Assembly (NCBI RefSeq): GCF_009914755.1 | Contig: NC_060934.1 | Source: the human T2T-CHM13v2.0 reference genome, Homo sapiens | Reading direction: 5' to 3' (one strand) | DNA length: 64,000 nt | In this document: positions 1 through 12,960 of the stretch, in pieces | Layout: each line of letters begins with the position of its first letter | Numbering within the stretch: the stretch's first letter is position 1 | Translations under genes and position numbers: made by a program | Notes under the pieces: generated by a model | The model's input: only the letters and a program-made list of their open reading frames with translations | Databases searched by the model: none | Told to the model about the DNA's origin: nothing

Positions 1-626
1 TTTTCTCCATGTGTATTCTTATTCTATAGGCCTTCTTCCATTTTAAATTTAAAAATTTTTTTTTTACTTTTTAACTTTTTTTGTTAAAAACTAAACACAA
101 ATACACACATTAACTTAGGCCTACACAGGGTGAAGACTGTCAATATCATTGGCTTTCGCCTTCAATCTTGTCCTACTGGAAGGACTTCAGGGGCAATAAT
201 ATGTATGGAGCTGTAATGTCCTGTGATAACAATGCTTTCTTCTGGAATACTGCCTGAAGGCCATGTCTGAGGCCATTTTATAGTCAATATGTTTTTATGA
301 GTAGAAGGGGCAAACTCTAAAATAACAATAAAATGTATAGTATAGTATATTAAATAATATACCATAGTAGGATAGAAGTTTATTTTTATTATCAAGTATT
401 ATATACTGTATATAATTATATGTGCTATGCTTTTATATGCCTGGCAACACAGTAGGTTTGTTCATATAATTATCATCACAAACAGGTGAGTAATGCCTTT
501 TGTTAAGACATTATAATGGTTACAACATCACCAACAATAGGAATTTTTCACTCCATTATAATCTTAGGGGGCCATCATTGTATATTCCATGTGTTATTCA
601 CCAAAACGTTATGTAACACATGAATG
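1..626. mobile_element. Tigger3/Tigger3b (GOLEM) DNA transposon fragment, runs off the window start
   Basis: Terminal region ...ggaatttttcactccattataatcttagggggccatcattgtatattcc...caaaacgttatgtaacacatgaatg followed by TA matches the recalled Tigger3 terminus. Confidence 0.8.
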
Positions 627-723
627 TATAGAGTGATCTTTGATAAAAGAGCAAAGGTGATTCAATGGAAAAGGATAGTATTTTCAACAAATGGTGCTGG
701 AACAACTGGACATCCAGATGCAA

Positions 724-913
724 TAATTTGCTGTATATTTTCAAAAAGGTAAAGAGAAGATTTTGAATGTTCCCAACATAAAGAAGTGATAAATGTTTAG
801 GGTGATCGATATGTTAATTATCTTGATTAGATCATTGCACATCATATATATGTAACAAAATAGCATTCTGTATCCTATAAATATGTGCAGTATTATGCCA
901 GCTAAAAATAATA
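724..913 (+). mobile_element. L1MA-type 3' end nested in the older L1
   Basis: gattttgaatgttcccaacataaagaagtgataaatgtttagggtgatcgatatgttaatta is a typical L1MA 3'UTR terminus, followed by an A/T tail. Confidence 0.7.
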
Positions 914-1120
914 ACTATATATTAATATATAGTTAATATATGTTAATATATAGTTAATATATATTAATATATAGTTAATATATGTTAATATATAGTTAAT
1001 ATATATTAATATATATTTATATATATTACTATATATAAATATATAGTAATATATATTAATATATAGTTAATATATATTAATATAATAAATATATATATTT
1101 ATATATTATATACATATAAT
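912..1120. repeat. AT-rich minisatellite/palindromic repeat (ttaatatata(g)-type units)
   Basis: About 200 bp almost entirely A/T; perfect 24-bp palindrome at 912-935 and 18-bp inverted arms at 1019-1036/1039-1056. Confidence 0.9.
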
Positions 1121-2025
1121 ACAATGATCTTACATTTTTCACAAAAAATTCAAGTCACAGACCTAATATAAAATGTAAACCTACAAACTTCCTTGAAGAT
1201 AGGAGTTCTAGATGACCCTGAGTTTGGCGATGACTTTTAGAAACAATACCATAAGTATAAGAAAAAAACAAATTAGACTTCTTTCCATTGAAAAACAATC
1301 TATTAAAGACATTCTTCAGAGAATGATATGACAAGCTGCAGACTTGAAAAACTAGTTGCAAAACACATACCTGTTAAAGTACTGATACCTAAAACTCATA
1401 ACTCCAAACCTTATTACCTCAGTCTAATTATGAGAAAAACATCAAAGAAATCCCAATATAGGGACATTACACAAAACATCTGTTCACTACCCTCAAAACT
1501 GTCAAGGTCATAAAATAAGAAGTCTGAGAAACTGTCAAAACAAAAAGAGTCTAAAAAGACCAGTTGATCAAATGTAATATTATATTCTGGATTGAATCTT
1601 ACAGAAAAAATGCATTAGGTTAAAACTTAAAAAGGTAATTAAGTTAATAAGTTAATAAAGTTATAAAATTAATAAAATTTTATTAATTACGTTAATAATA
1701 TGTAATACATTAATATTAAGAAAGTTAATAATAGTTAATAATAATTGTTCCTTATTGTCTCTTTAATTGTAACATATATATCATACTAATGTAAGATGTT
1801 AATAATTGAGGAAACTGGGTGTGGAGTATGTGAGAACTCTCTTGACTACCTTCATAACTTTTCTGTAAGACTAAAACTTTTTAAAATTTAAAAGTTTATT
1901 GAAAAATTCAACTATATAAAATATGCATAGGCATTTTGCTAAATATGTTGATTTTTATTTAAAAATTATTGATTGAATGATGCTATCACTTATAAAGTGT
2001 ATCCTATTTTTGAAATATGAAAAAA

Positions 2026-2069
2026 GTTTTCAATTACTTCTTGACTCGTTTTCAATTACTTCTTGACTC
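2026..2069. repeat. Perfect 22-bp tandem duplication
   Basis: gttttcaattacttcttgactc x2. Confidence 0.95.
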
Positions 2070-2299
2070 TTTTCCATTGCCCTTACAATAAACTCTAGTA
2101 CCTTCAATTTAGATTAGAAGGCCTTCTAATTTAGATTTTAGATTAGAAGGCCTTCTTATGTCTATGAGTGTCCAACATTATCTGTCAACAAGACCCTTCT
2201 TGATTTCCTCTCCCAGGCCAACCTTCTTATTTCACACTTGTCCTCCTAACTCCTCTCATCTTCTGCTTTACCTACCTCTGTTCCACAACCTGTTATATT

Positions 2300-2700
2300 T
2301 TACATTCTTTAAGAAAACAAGGCATTCAGACCAAATGTTTTTTCCCTTTGAAAATGTTTGCAGCAACTTCACTTAGCACACATCCATGTAGAACTTAGTT
2401 AAAATGTCATATAATCAGAATGTTCTTTTCTTCCATTTGTCTGCCAGACAAGATAAGATCACCTCATCAATTGCCCCCATAGCACTCTTTGCCTCTCCTT
2501 TCTTCATATAGTTGAAATTGTAATTTCTTGATAACATTCTGGTTACACTGGGACCAATGTACTCCATAAGGCAGAAGCAACCTTTGTTTCTCTTTCTCTC
2601 ACTCTCTCCCTCTTTTAGTGATCCTGTTCCTAGAGTCTGGAGCAGATCTAACATGAGTAAATGATGAATAAATATTTTTCTTGAACTAATAAATTAACAA
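2300..2700 (+). mobile_element. L2 3' end relic
   Basis: Terminal cctagagtctggagcaga...gaataaatatttttcttgaactaat resembles the L2 3' tail; highly diverged. Confidence 0.4.
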
Positions 2701-2928
2701 ATAAAATAATCCACTGGCAGAATGTGTAATATGAAAAAAGACAGACAATATTCACTTCCAGATGTTAACTTGGAAGATGCCACCAATGAAGATAGGAGTT
2801 AACTAGAGTGATCACGTATATCCCAAACTGACTTATTCATTCAAATCTGTGAAGAATCGTTCTGGTAAGAACTCATTTGTAATGGTAAGTAAAAGTAGTC
2901 CTCTCACATATGTGTTAACATTTTAAAT

Positions 2929-3140
2929 TATTTTTATTTTCATACGTTATTGGGGAATAGGTAGTGTTTGGTTAATGAGTAAGTTCTTTAGTGGTGATTC
3001 GTTAGATTTTGGTGCACCCATCACCCAAGCAGTATACACTGCACTCAATTTGTAGTTTTTTATCCCTCACCCACTTCCCATCCTTTCCCCCGGAGTCCCC
3101 AAGGTCCATTCAGTCATTCTTATGCCATTGCATTCTCACA
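2929..3140 (-). mobile_element. L1PB (L1PB1-like) 3' end
   Basis: gttattggggaataggtagtgtttggtt...gagtaagttctttagtggtgatt...ggtgcacccatcacccaagcagtatacactgc. Confidence 0.85.
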
Positions 3141-5609
3141 TTGATGAAATCTGTTAAAAGCTTTCGATTATTCTTTAATTGTGGCATGAAGCTATAAATT
3201 TCCTTTAAATGAGGCTACAAATACTGCAATAATACATCTTATGAATTAACAAAAATTATGTCCAAATTTTGCCTCAGAAAGTAAATACTTTACTTGGAAA
3301 TATTAGAGGGAATAACATAAACTTATTAGGAATAATATATCAATTCAGAAAATTTAACTGATTTTAAATTACTTAAATCTAGAGTATGTGAAGTAATCTA
3401 AAAGAGCTACATATTACCATTGAAAAATAGAACTCTTCAAAATTAAATAAAGTTTTAAAATATTTTGAACAACACAACCTAAATAAATCTCAGCATCTTC
3501 AAACACCTTTCTCATATATAAAAACAGAAATTGAAAGTATGTTATTGTTCTCCCATTCTGGAATTTCACCATTAAGACTATTTCATAATTTAAGTACCTT
3601 AGAGAGGCAATCTTCTTCATTTTCCCCCCAATATTTAATAAGTACTTCTCAAAACAAGCTAAATGATATAGAATATGTGAAAATGTATCTGACAGTCTCT
3701 TGCCCAGTAAACTCAGAGACTGTTAGGACTTCTAAGACACTTTATGAATAGAATACACTTTACCTAATCAAAATTACAATAGGAAAACAAAAAGTTTCTC
3801 CAGGAAATTAGAAGGAAGAGGAATTATTTATACATGTGGGCAAGAGACAGGTTACAGAAAAGACTAGAAGCAATAATAATGGTTAGTTTATACTAAATCC
3901 TAAGCAGATATAATGACATTAAATTGATGAAAATGGAGTAATTAACAAAGTTTGTAAAAGAGAACAGAGTCAGAGAAGAATATGAGCAACAAGACAAAGA
4001 TATTAGCTATCCGTATAGATATAACCACACATATACTTAGAGATGTGGTGACATATACATATATATTTTTTGATGTTTTAGGTCATTTAGTATATCTAGA
4101 TATTGTACATATTTAAATCTTTAACAATAACATGAACCATATGTGATAATTTATAGGCTAAGTGTCTGTGCTATTTCTTCCAAATACACAGTGAATGTTC
4201 ATCCATCTATGTAGTCTTTACCAGGCTTCCCTTAGGAAACATATTGCTGATGGTACTATATGAGATAAAAAGTTCAGTAGGTCAGCTAAAACTCATGAAT
4301 TAATGTCTAAAACTTTATGACTTGCCTCTAAATCCCTCTGCTGATGTTTTGCATCAGACTTTAAATTTTCATCCTATAAATAGTGGTCATAAAATGTACA
4401 TTAAATGGAATTTTGACCTGTGTCTAAAATATTTTATTTCATGTTATACTGGAAAGGGAATGAAAGCAACACTGGTAAGATGTCACAGGAATTTTGGGAT
4501 GTAGAATTATTTAGCCAGGGATGCAGCTTTTGGGAGGTTAAAGCCCTGGGGCAACTTCCCTGGATAAACTATGTAAGGTTGATTCTGAGGCAATGTAAGA
4601 AATCAGGATATAGTTCCCTTAATCTCAAGGAATGCGGTAAAGTGGTGTCTCTGTCTTGTGGATTCTGCTTATCCTTTTTAAAATCAATGTTTGCATCTCA
4701 ATCACTACAAGCTCTTCCTTCTCTACACATCCACATCCCTATCATGGATACAAAGGGTTTATTAAAATCATTTTAATGATTTCAGGCACTTGACAACAAA
4801 AAGTAAGTGGATAGATTTGTTCTCACCTCCTTATTCATTATTACATGAAATCCTATTTTAGACAGCAAAAAAGAAACACTGAACTCTGCACATTTCTTGA
4901 GATTTAGAAGATAACATAAAATCTCAAAAACATTCCATCCTATAATCCTAATCTACAAGAATTTACCATTCTATGAGAACAGGTTTTAATATTTGCTAAA
5001 TTCTCATAATTTTATGAATAAAAATTATTGTATTACTGGAGTTTCTGATAACTTTTCAATAATATCTTTTAAAATATCTGTCACTTATTACTTAGAAAAG
5101 TTGCACTTTTTAGATACACAAACATGTAGTTAAAATTTAGTTATTGTTTAGAAAAATTGCAATGTTACCAGTGCTTATCAAAGTTCTAGGGTTATTTATG
5201 GTCATTAGGTATTGGATTTCTTAATTTTTGTCATAAATTTTTGTAATGCATTACAGATATTTTAACTTCACCATATTAGTTAAGCCTATATAATAATGGG
5301 TGGTAGGTTTACAATAAAGCTATATTATGCCTTTTTCTAATATTTCAGACATGTATGCATTGTAATTCAAGTGAATCATTGTTGCTAAACAAGCTGTAAA
5401 CATTATTCCTAATTTTTTGTATGTAAATGTGAATTAATTAATAATGTATTGATCAGTTTTATATTAATTAGGTACTGTGAAGGCTGTTAGAAACTGATGA
5501 ACATATATGATGGCAAAAGGGATTTTTTAAAATGTTGGAACTATTCATTATCTTGGCTGTGAAGGCATGTACAAGAACCTAAACTAATAATAAAATTTTA
5601 TGAAGCTTA

Positions 5610-5612
<3 letters not shown>

Positions 5613-5642
<30 letters not shown>
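5613..5642. repeat. (CA)15 microsatellite within an L1MC/MD 3'UTR relic (about 5510-5680)
   Basis: Direct CA run; the flank aagtaaaactgaggaaatctgaat is L1MC-like. Confidence 0.9.
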
Positions 5643-5645
<3 letters not shown>

Positions 5646-6984
5646 CAATATAAGTAAAACTGAGGAAATCTGAATACTGAATTTACATACTGATAGGTAA
5701 TCTGATCATAATATTTAATATCATATATGAAGGAGTATTATGACACAAACACATTATTTCACACACACAAACACATATTTACATACACAAATATACTAAC
5801 ATACACACAAATGAAGACACTAAAGAAAGAAATCTTAGAAAGTATTGATATTTACAATTATAATCATTTTGATTTCAAATATGTTGGCAAATAAATGTAC
5901 AAGTGTTTTTAAAGAACTCTTAATAAAATGAGTCCAATACATAAAACCAAATTTCAGAGATCAGTAGGAAATAATCCAGCTGTGAGAATTCAAATCATAC
6001 CTATTTTCCAACTAAGTTTCTAAGCCTCTTCAGCATTGCTCTCAAATCCCCTTTATTTTCTTTAAAGGGTATTGTAAATCCCACTGTATTAAGCCAGTAA
6101 CATATAGTTGAATCAATTGCATTAGTCAACTATTCAATTAAATGTACAAAACATATTGAACACATAAAAAACAAAACCAATACGTTTTCTGATGTTAAGA
6201 ATTCAGGGAATTCAAAAAGAGATTAATATGTGCCAAAGGATACTGTAGTTTACATTGATTTATAATTGATTAAATGTCCAAAGAGTCTTGCCCAGTGTAT
6301 TAAAATTTGTAGTGAATCTTCGGCTAGTGAACACCCTTTTTTTAAATTCTCGCCTATCATAATTGTTTAAAACTAACTTTATGACAACTTTTATGTTATG
6401 TTGATCAACTTTAGAAATAACCCAGAAATAGGGTGATTTTAAATACGTTGAATGATTAGGAAATATGTAGTTAAACTTAACATACAAACAAAATCACATC
6501 CAGAGAACATTAACGGTAATATAAAGTCTTGAATTTAGGTTAAACATGAAGTTGTATAATAGAAGTTGGAGAAACACAGTTAAAGAAATGTTTGCATTTA
6601 AGAATTTGGGTAAATTTACTGCCATCAAAGCTCAATGAAAGTTGGTCTAGATGAGGAAAACAATTTCTATAGCCAGGGTATTCACTGATAATCTTGCTGT
6701 ATTTTATTTCTGCTCAACTTTCTGATGCTTGGACCCCAACTGAAGGAATATATTCAATTTTGGAACCCAAGAATTAAAAGAGGTATTCACAAATTATAAC
6801 ACGTAAATAACAGTGTGGTCAGAATGATGACTATGTAGTCAGTATTCAAATTCATCTTATTTGAAGACCAGTGGAAAGGACTGGAGTTGGTAAGTCCAGC
6901 TGGAAGGGCCCAGGGGAAACTAGAATAGTTTGTTTAAAATGTCTGGTATGCTTCACGAAAAAAGATAAATTAGACGTGATCAGA

Positions 6985-7110
6985 AGCAGGGCTATACAGT
7001 ATATTCTAGTGATTATGGAAAAGTTCTGTATCTGTACTATCCAATATGAGAGGCACAAGATACATGTGGCTATTTAATGCTCGCAATTTGGCTATTGTGA
7101 CCAAGGAACC
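6985..7110. mobile_element. MER3-like hAT-Charlie MITE fragment
   Basis: gattatggaaaagttctgtatctgtactatccaatatg...catgtggctatttaatgc...tggctattgtgaccaaggaac. Confidence 0.65.
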
Positions 7111-9594
7111 TATATCTTTGTATTCCCAAAAGCTCTACTGTGGTTGAGGTTTAAATTCAATAAGAAAAGCAAAACCAATTTACTAAACAATAAAGTTACA
7201 TACACATGTAGATTTTTACCATTAAAGAAAGTTTATATAAAATATTATTATTGATATTTTTGCTTTGATGAACTTGACTGGTAAACAGTGTGTATACATT
7301 TTCTTATTTCATTATTTCAAAATAGGGATTCATTGTAAATTGTAATTCTTTCTTTAGATACTCAATACTAAATAATTTTAGAGCACTATTTGCTGTGAAA
7401 TAGTTTTTTTCCAAAATTGCTTCACTTAAAATATTTTTCTATATACAAATGAGTGATATACATTATTATCCTTTTGGAAACTAAATGAGTATTAAAATAT
7501 ACATTTTATTCTACTCCAATTTTAATACACTTGCAGAGGCTTATACTTCTTAATATGTTATATTGTCAATAGAGTTAAAATATTAGAAAATATTTTCTTA
7601 ATAATGACATTCCATCAGTAGTAACACACTATTCATAGGAATTTTCAAAATTCTCAAGTACTAGGTTAATTTTCTTTTTACTTGCTATGTTTCTGAGCTT
7701 CTAAAAGACCTCATTGTCAAAAGTGGAATCAGCAAGATGGTCGAGTAGTAGCTCCCAGCACTCTTCCCTGCCACACACAAAAAAACAAAACAAATAAACA
7801 ACCGTATTTAAACTAAATTAACTAATAAAAAGTACCAGGGAACAGCAAAGAAGAAGCAGAAATTCTGTAGAGCACAGAAACCCAGCACAGCCTCATATAG
7901 AAGGAAAAATTTAAAAAACAAACACCTAGCCTCTGCCATCCTATTCCCCGTAGTTGGGATCAGCTTGAAACCAGGAGGGACTTCTCCCTAAAGGGAAAAG
8001 GGAGACAAGAAGAACCCAGAAGCCTCCATTATCGCTGTGGACCCCTTCAGTCGCTGCTACTGGAGTCCCCTACTGTCCTCAAAGGTTCTTAGCCCAGCTG
8101 AGGGAGCTCTCCAAAGCCAAAACACTGAGCCATCCCCAGAGAAGAGGTCAATGCTGTGCCCCACCCACCTTCATATCTCCTCCCACGGCCTGTGCTGTCA
8201 CTTGTCTGTGCCATCTTGGAACTTAAGCCACTGCTAGAGTGTGTCCTGCTCTGGAGGTGAGTAGTTATCAGATTCCTCAATCTCTGAGTCTTATTGTTGC
8301 TTCATCATGCCTGTGAATTAGCATACCATCTCCAAGCATAGCTGTTGTTATGCCCTAAGGCCAAGCTGCTGCATAGATGTTTCATCTACTCCATCCCAGT
8401 CACTGCTGCAACCTCTCCTCAGGAGTGAGCTGAAGTTTTGTGCATGCCTGGGAAGCCAGAGCCTCATCACAAACTACCAGAGCAGTCCATCCTTGGGCCC
8501 AGAGCAGATATGGTACCCTGTCTCATTGCAACCTCAAGTCTCCTGCACACTGGAGGAGATTCATCTCCCAGCACTGCAGCTGATGTAGTGCCCCACCTCC
8601 CAGGGATCCAGAGACTCCACTGACCTGTGGAGTTGTACTTTCTGGGGCCAAGTAGATGCAATGCCTGGTATCCCAGGGAATCAGAGCTTTGGTGGAGCTA
8701 TGCTACCCTCACCTCCAGGCTGAACAGCAACAATGCCTCACCTACCTAGAACTGGACTAACTCCCAGTCTGAACTGCTGAGGAACTCTGCCTTTCTGGGT
8801 AATAGTTATTGCTGCACTCTTCCTCAAAACCCATGACCCAAGGCAAAGCAGCATCTGGCCTTTCCTGGGTCCTTGGTGTTGCTACACCTGGACTCACAGA
8901 GTCTGAGCTACTACTAGGTCACACCAGGCCAAGGTCCAGAGTCACCACCACATGGTCTGTCATCCCTTGTAGCCTGAGCTGCTATTGTGCCCTGTTGGTT
9001 TCAGGTCCTAAATTGCATCTCCAGCTCCCTGGAGACTAAGTCTTCAGACACTTCTGAGCCCAAGCTGCCAAAGTATGCCTCAGAAAAACTGACCCTAGAA
9101 TAGTGAAAAAAAAAATTTATTCACTTGTGCTTGGGAGAGTGAACCTAAACCTCAAGTCCCAAGTGCTGCAGTAGTTCCATTAAAACTTGGCTCTACAAGC
9201 ACCAATGTCCTGGATCCCAATGCAGCTTCTACAGCCTATGAGCCATGTTAGCCCCAATACCAAAAGATATCTCCTCAGTTAAGACTCTCCACTGTGAGGA
9301 AGACAAGATCAAGAGAACTCACAAAGCCCTGGCCCTAATAACAAATGCAGTCACTGTCACTGCACAAAGTTCTGCAACCTAGACCACCCACAATTGTCAT
9401 TAATGTTGATAGCAACTAAATAAGTTGCCCAAAGACTACATCACTGAACTCACACATAGCAAAAGCTACTGCACCCTGTCCAACCTGCATGCTCAGGCCT
9501 AACTTCAAATGAAAGTCTTCCTGTACAAAAACCACACTAAAGTTTGGAAGAGGTGACTGCTCCAACAGATCCACAGCCATTAACACAGGAATAC

Positions 9595-10520
9595 ATGGAA
9601 CTTGAAAAAGCAAGGAAATATGACACGACCAAGGGACCTCAAAAGTCTACAGTAACTGACCACAACGAAAAAGAAATTTACAAATTGCCTGAAAAGAAAT
9701 TTAAAATGATGATCTAAATGAAACTCAGCAAGCTACAAGAGAATATAAAAAGACATCTCAGTGAAATAAGGAAAACAATTCATGATGTGAATGATAAATT
9801 TAACAAAGAGATAGATACCATAAAAAAAAAGAACCACAGAACTTGGAGTTAAAGTATTCATTCAAGGAAATATATATAGGAGAGCTTCAACAGCAATCTA
9901 GATTAAACAGAAGAAAGAGTCTATAAACTTGAAGATAGGTCTTTGGAAACAACTTAGAAGAAAAAACAGAAAAAAATTAATGAAAAAGAATGGAGACTGA
10001 CTATAGGTCTTATGAAACACCATTAAGCAAACCAATGTTCTTTTTATGAGAAGTAAGGAGACAGAGAAAGGGACAGAAAGTTTACTTATAATGAAAACTT
10101 CTTTAGTCTTGGGAAAGATATGAACATCAAAATCCATGAAGCTTAAAAGTTTCTAAATAGACTCAAACCGAACAGGTCCTTTCCAAGGAATATAATTAAA
10201 CTCTCAAAAATCAGTCCCATGCAGAGAATTTAAAAAACAGCAAGAGAAAACAGTTAAGCCACATATAATATCCATTAGACTATCAATGCATTTCTCAGCA
10301 GAAACCTTATGGGCTAGGAGAAATAGGATATATTGAAAGTACTGCAAGAAAAAACAATGACCTTCAGCGAAGAATACTATATCTAGTAAAGCTTTCTTTC
10401 AGAAATAAGAAGTAAAGTCTTTCACACAGAAACAAAAGCCAAGAAAATACATTATCATTAGATCTGACTTACAAGAAAAGCTTAAGAGAGTCCTGCAAAC
10501 AAAACCAAAGAATGTTAATT
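9595..10520 (+). pseudogene. Decayed L1 ORF1 of the host L1
   Basis: gtaactgaccacaacgaaaaagaaatttacaaattgcctgaaaagaaatttaaaatg (VTDxNEKEIYxLPEKxFK-like); multiple stops and frameshifts. Confidence 0.75.
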
Positions 10521-11129
10521 ATTACCATGAAGACATGTGAAAGTATAAGAGTAACTGGCAGAAGTAAATACAGAGTCAAGAACAGAGTATTTCAATACTA
10601 TAATAATGGTATGTGAATCTTATATGTCTCTAGTATAAAGTGAAAAAGTCAGAATGATCAAAAATAACTAAAGCTATAATAAGTTTTAAGAAAAACACAA
10701 TATAAAATACGTAAATAGTGTTATTAAAAACATAAATTGTGAGGAGGAGGGTAAACTTCTAAAGTCTTTGTATATGACAGAATTTGTTAACCATGGAAAA
10801 AAGCAGATTACAACTATAAGATGTTTTATGTAAACTGATGGTAACCATGAAACAAGAAAACTGCAGCAAATATACAAACAATAAAGAGAAAGAAATAAAA
10901 GCTTAGAACTACAAAATATTATCTAATCACAAAGGTGGACTAGCAAATAATAAAGATATAAAGAAGCAAAAAAGCAACAAAATAACTAGGAAACATACTA
11001 TAAAATACCTAGCAGCATGTTTTTAACTATCAATAATACAATAATATCTTAAATATAAATGGAATGAATTCTCCAATCAAAACATGTAAATTAGTTTAAC
11101 CATTGTGAAAGATGGTGTGGTGATTCCTC

Positions 11130-11130
<1 letters not shown>

Positions 11131-11204
<74 letters not shown>
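11131..11204. repeat. Compound microsatellite (TA)5(TG)10(TA)22
   Basis: Read directly. Confidence 0.95.
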
Positions 11205-11208
<4 letters not shown>

Positions 11209-12158
11209 TGAACTATATTCTGCTTACCAGAGACTCACTTAAACTTAAAAGACACATACAGGTTGAAAGTTAAAATGGGAAGATAATCCATACAAATGCT
11301 AACCAAAAGAGAGCAGAGGTGGCTATACTTACAAGTGATTAAATAGACTTCAATTCAAAAATGGTTGCAAAAGACAAAGAAGGTCATTGTTTAATTATAT
11401 AGGGGTGAATTGATAAAGAGGACATAACCAATTGTGTCCCTCAAATTGAAGCACCTAAATACATAATGCAAATATTAATGGACATAAACAAAGAAAGAGA
11501 TAGCAAGACAATAATATGAGAAGACTTAAGGACCCCACTTTCAACAAGGAATACATCAATAGACAGAAAAGTAATAAGGAAATATTGAACTTCAATTGCA
11601 TTTTTAATCAAATGAACCTAATAAATATATACAGAATTTTCCATGTTAGATGGAATATATAACAGTAGCAGAATATACATTTTTTTTCCAGTGTAAATAT
11701 AACATCCTTCAGTTTGGACCATGTTAGGTAACAGAAGAAGTATTAACAAATTTAAGATTACAATTATATCTAGTATCATTTCAGATACAATGCTATAAAA
11801 CTAGAAATTAACAACAGCTAGAGTCTTGAAAAATTAACAAATATGTGAAATTAAACAGTATGCTTCTGAAAAACCAATGGGTCAAAGAATATATCAAAAA
11901 AAAAATTAAACAATATATTGAGGCAAATGACAATAGAAGCAAAACATACCAAAACCTATGAAATGCAGTAAAAGCATTTCTAAGAGGGAAGTTTATCACA
12001 ACAAATGTCTATATTAAAAACAAAGAAACATTCTAAATATATAATCTAACATTATATATCAAGGAACTAGAAAAAGAACAAAACTAAAAAATGAACTCAA
12101 AATTAACAGACAGAAGTAAATAATAGAAGTCAGAACAGAAATAAATAGAAAACAGAAT

Positions 12159-12960
12159 AACATGTGAAAAAAAAGGTCAGCATCACTGATCATTAGAGAA
12201 ATGCAAATCAAAACCACAGTGGGATACCATCACATGCCAGTCAGAATGGGAATGATTAAAAAGTCAAGAAACAACAGATGATGGCAAGGTTGTGGAGAAA
12301 TAGACATGCTTTTACACTGTTGATGGAAATGTAAATTAGTTCAACCATTGTGGAAGATGGTGTGGCAATTCCTCAGGGATTTAGAATCAGAAATACCATT
12401 TGACCCAACAATCCCATCACTAAGTATATACCCAAAGGGATATAGATCATTCTATTACAAAGATACATGCATGCGTATGTTGATTGCAGCACTATTCACA
12501 ATAGCAAAGACATGAAATCAACCCAAATGCCCTTCAAAAATAGACTGGATAAAGAAAATGTGGTCCATACACACCATGGAATACTATGCAGCTGTACAAA
12601 GGGATGAGATCATGTCCTTTGCAGGAATATGGATGGAGCTGGAAGCCATTATCCTCAGCAAACTAATGTAGGAACAGAAAACCAAATGCCACATGTTCTC
12701 ATTTATAAGTGATAGCTGAACAATGAGAACACATGGACACAGGGAGGGAAACAACACACACTGGGGCCTGTCAGGAGGTGGAGTGGGGGCAGGGAAAGCA
12801 TTAGGAAAAATAGCTGATGCATGCAGGGCTTAATCCTAGATGATGGATTGACAGGTGCAGCAAACCACCATGGCACATGTCAACTTATGTAACAAACCTG
12901 CACATGCTGCACATGTACCCAGGAACTTAAAATAAAAATAAAAATTAATAAAAAGAAAAG
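12159..12960 (+). mobile_element. 5'-truncated L1PA (about L1PA10-like) nested in the host L1 ORF2
   Basis: L1PA 3'UTR ggacacagggagggaaacaacacacactggggcctgtc...aacaaacctgcacatgctgcacatgtacccaggaacttaaaataaaa; host ORF2 resumes at aaaaccatagaaataatcaat. Confidence 0.9.

Larger units (their letters stand above)
631..1900 (+). mobile_element. Old L1 (L1MC/L1MD-type) ORF2 3' part and 3'UTR, interrupted at about 724-1120
   Basis: ttttcaacaaatggtgctggaacaactggacatcc (ORF2) at about 680; 3'UTR motifs aaaactgtcaaggtcat...gagaaactgtca and ggaaactgggtgtggagtatgtgagaactctc. Confidence 0.7.

Noticed and set aside
4420-4776. 118-aa ORF in unique sequence
   Set aside because: Starts at a non-ATG codon, has no recognisable domain and no exon support; consistent with chance
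7980-9500. GC-richer island suggesting a promoter or exon cluster
   Set aside because: It is the CpG-decayed 5'UTR of the old L1, not a CpG island
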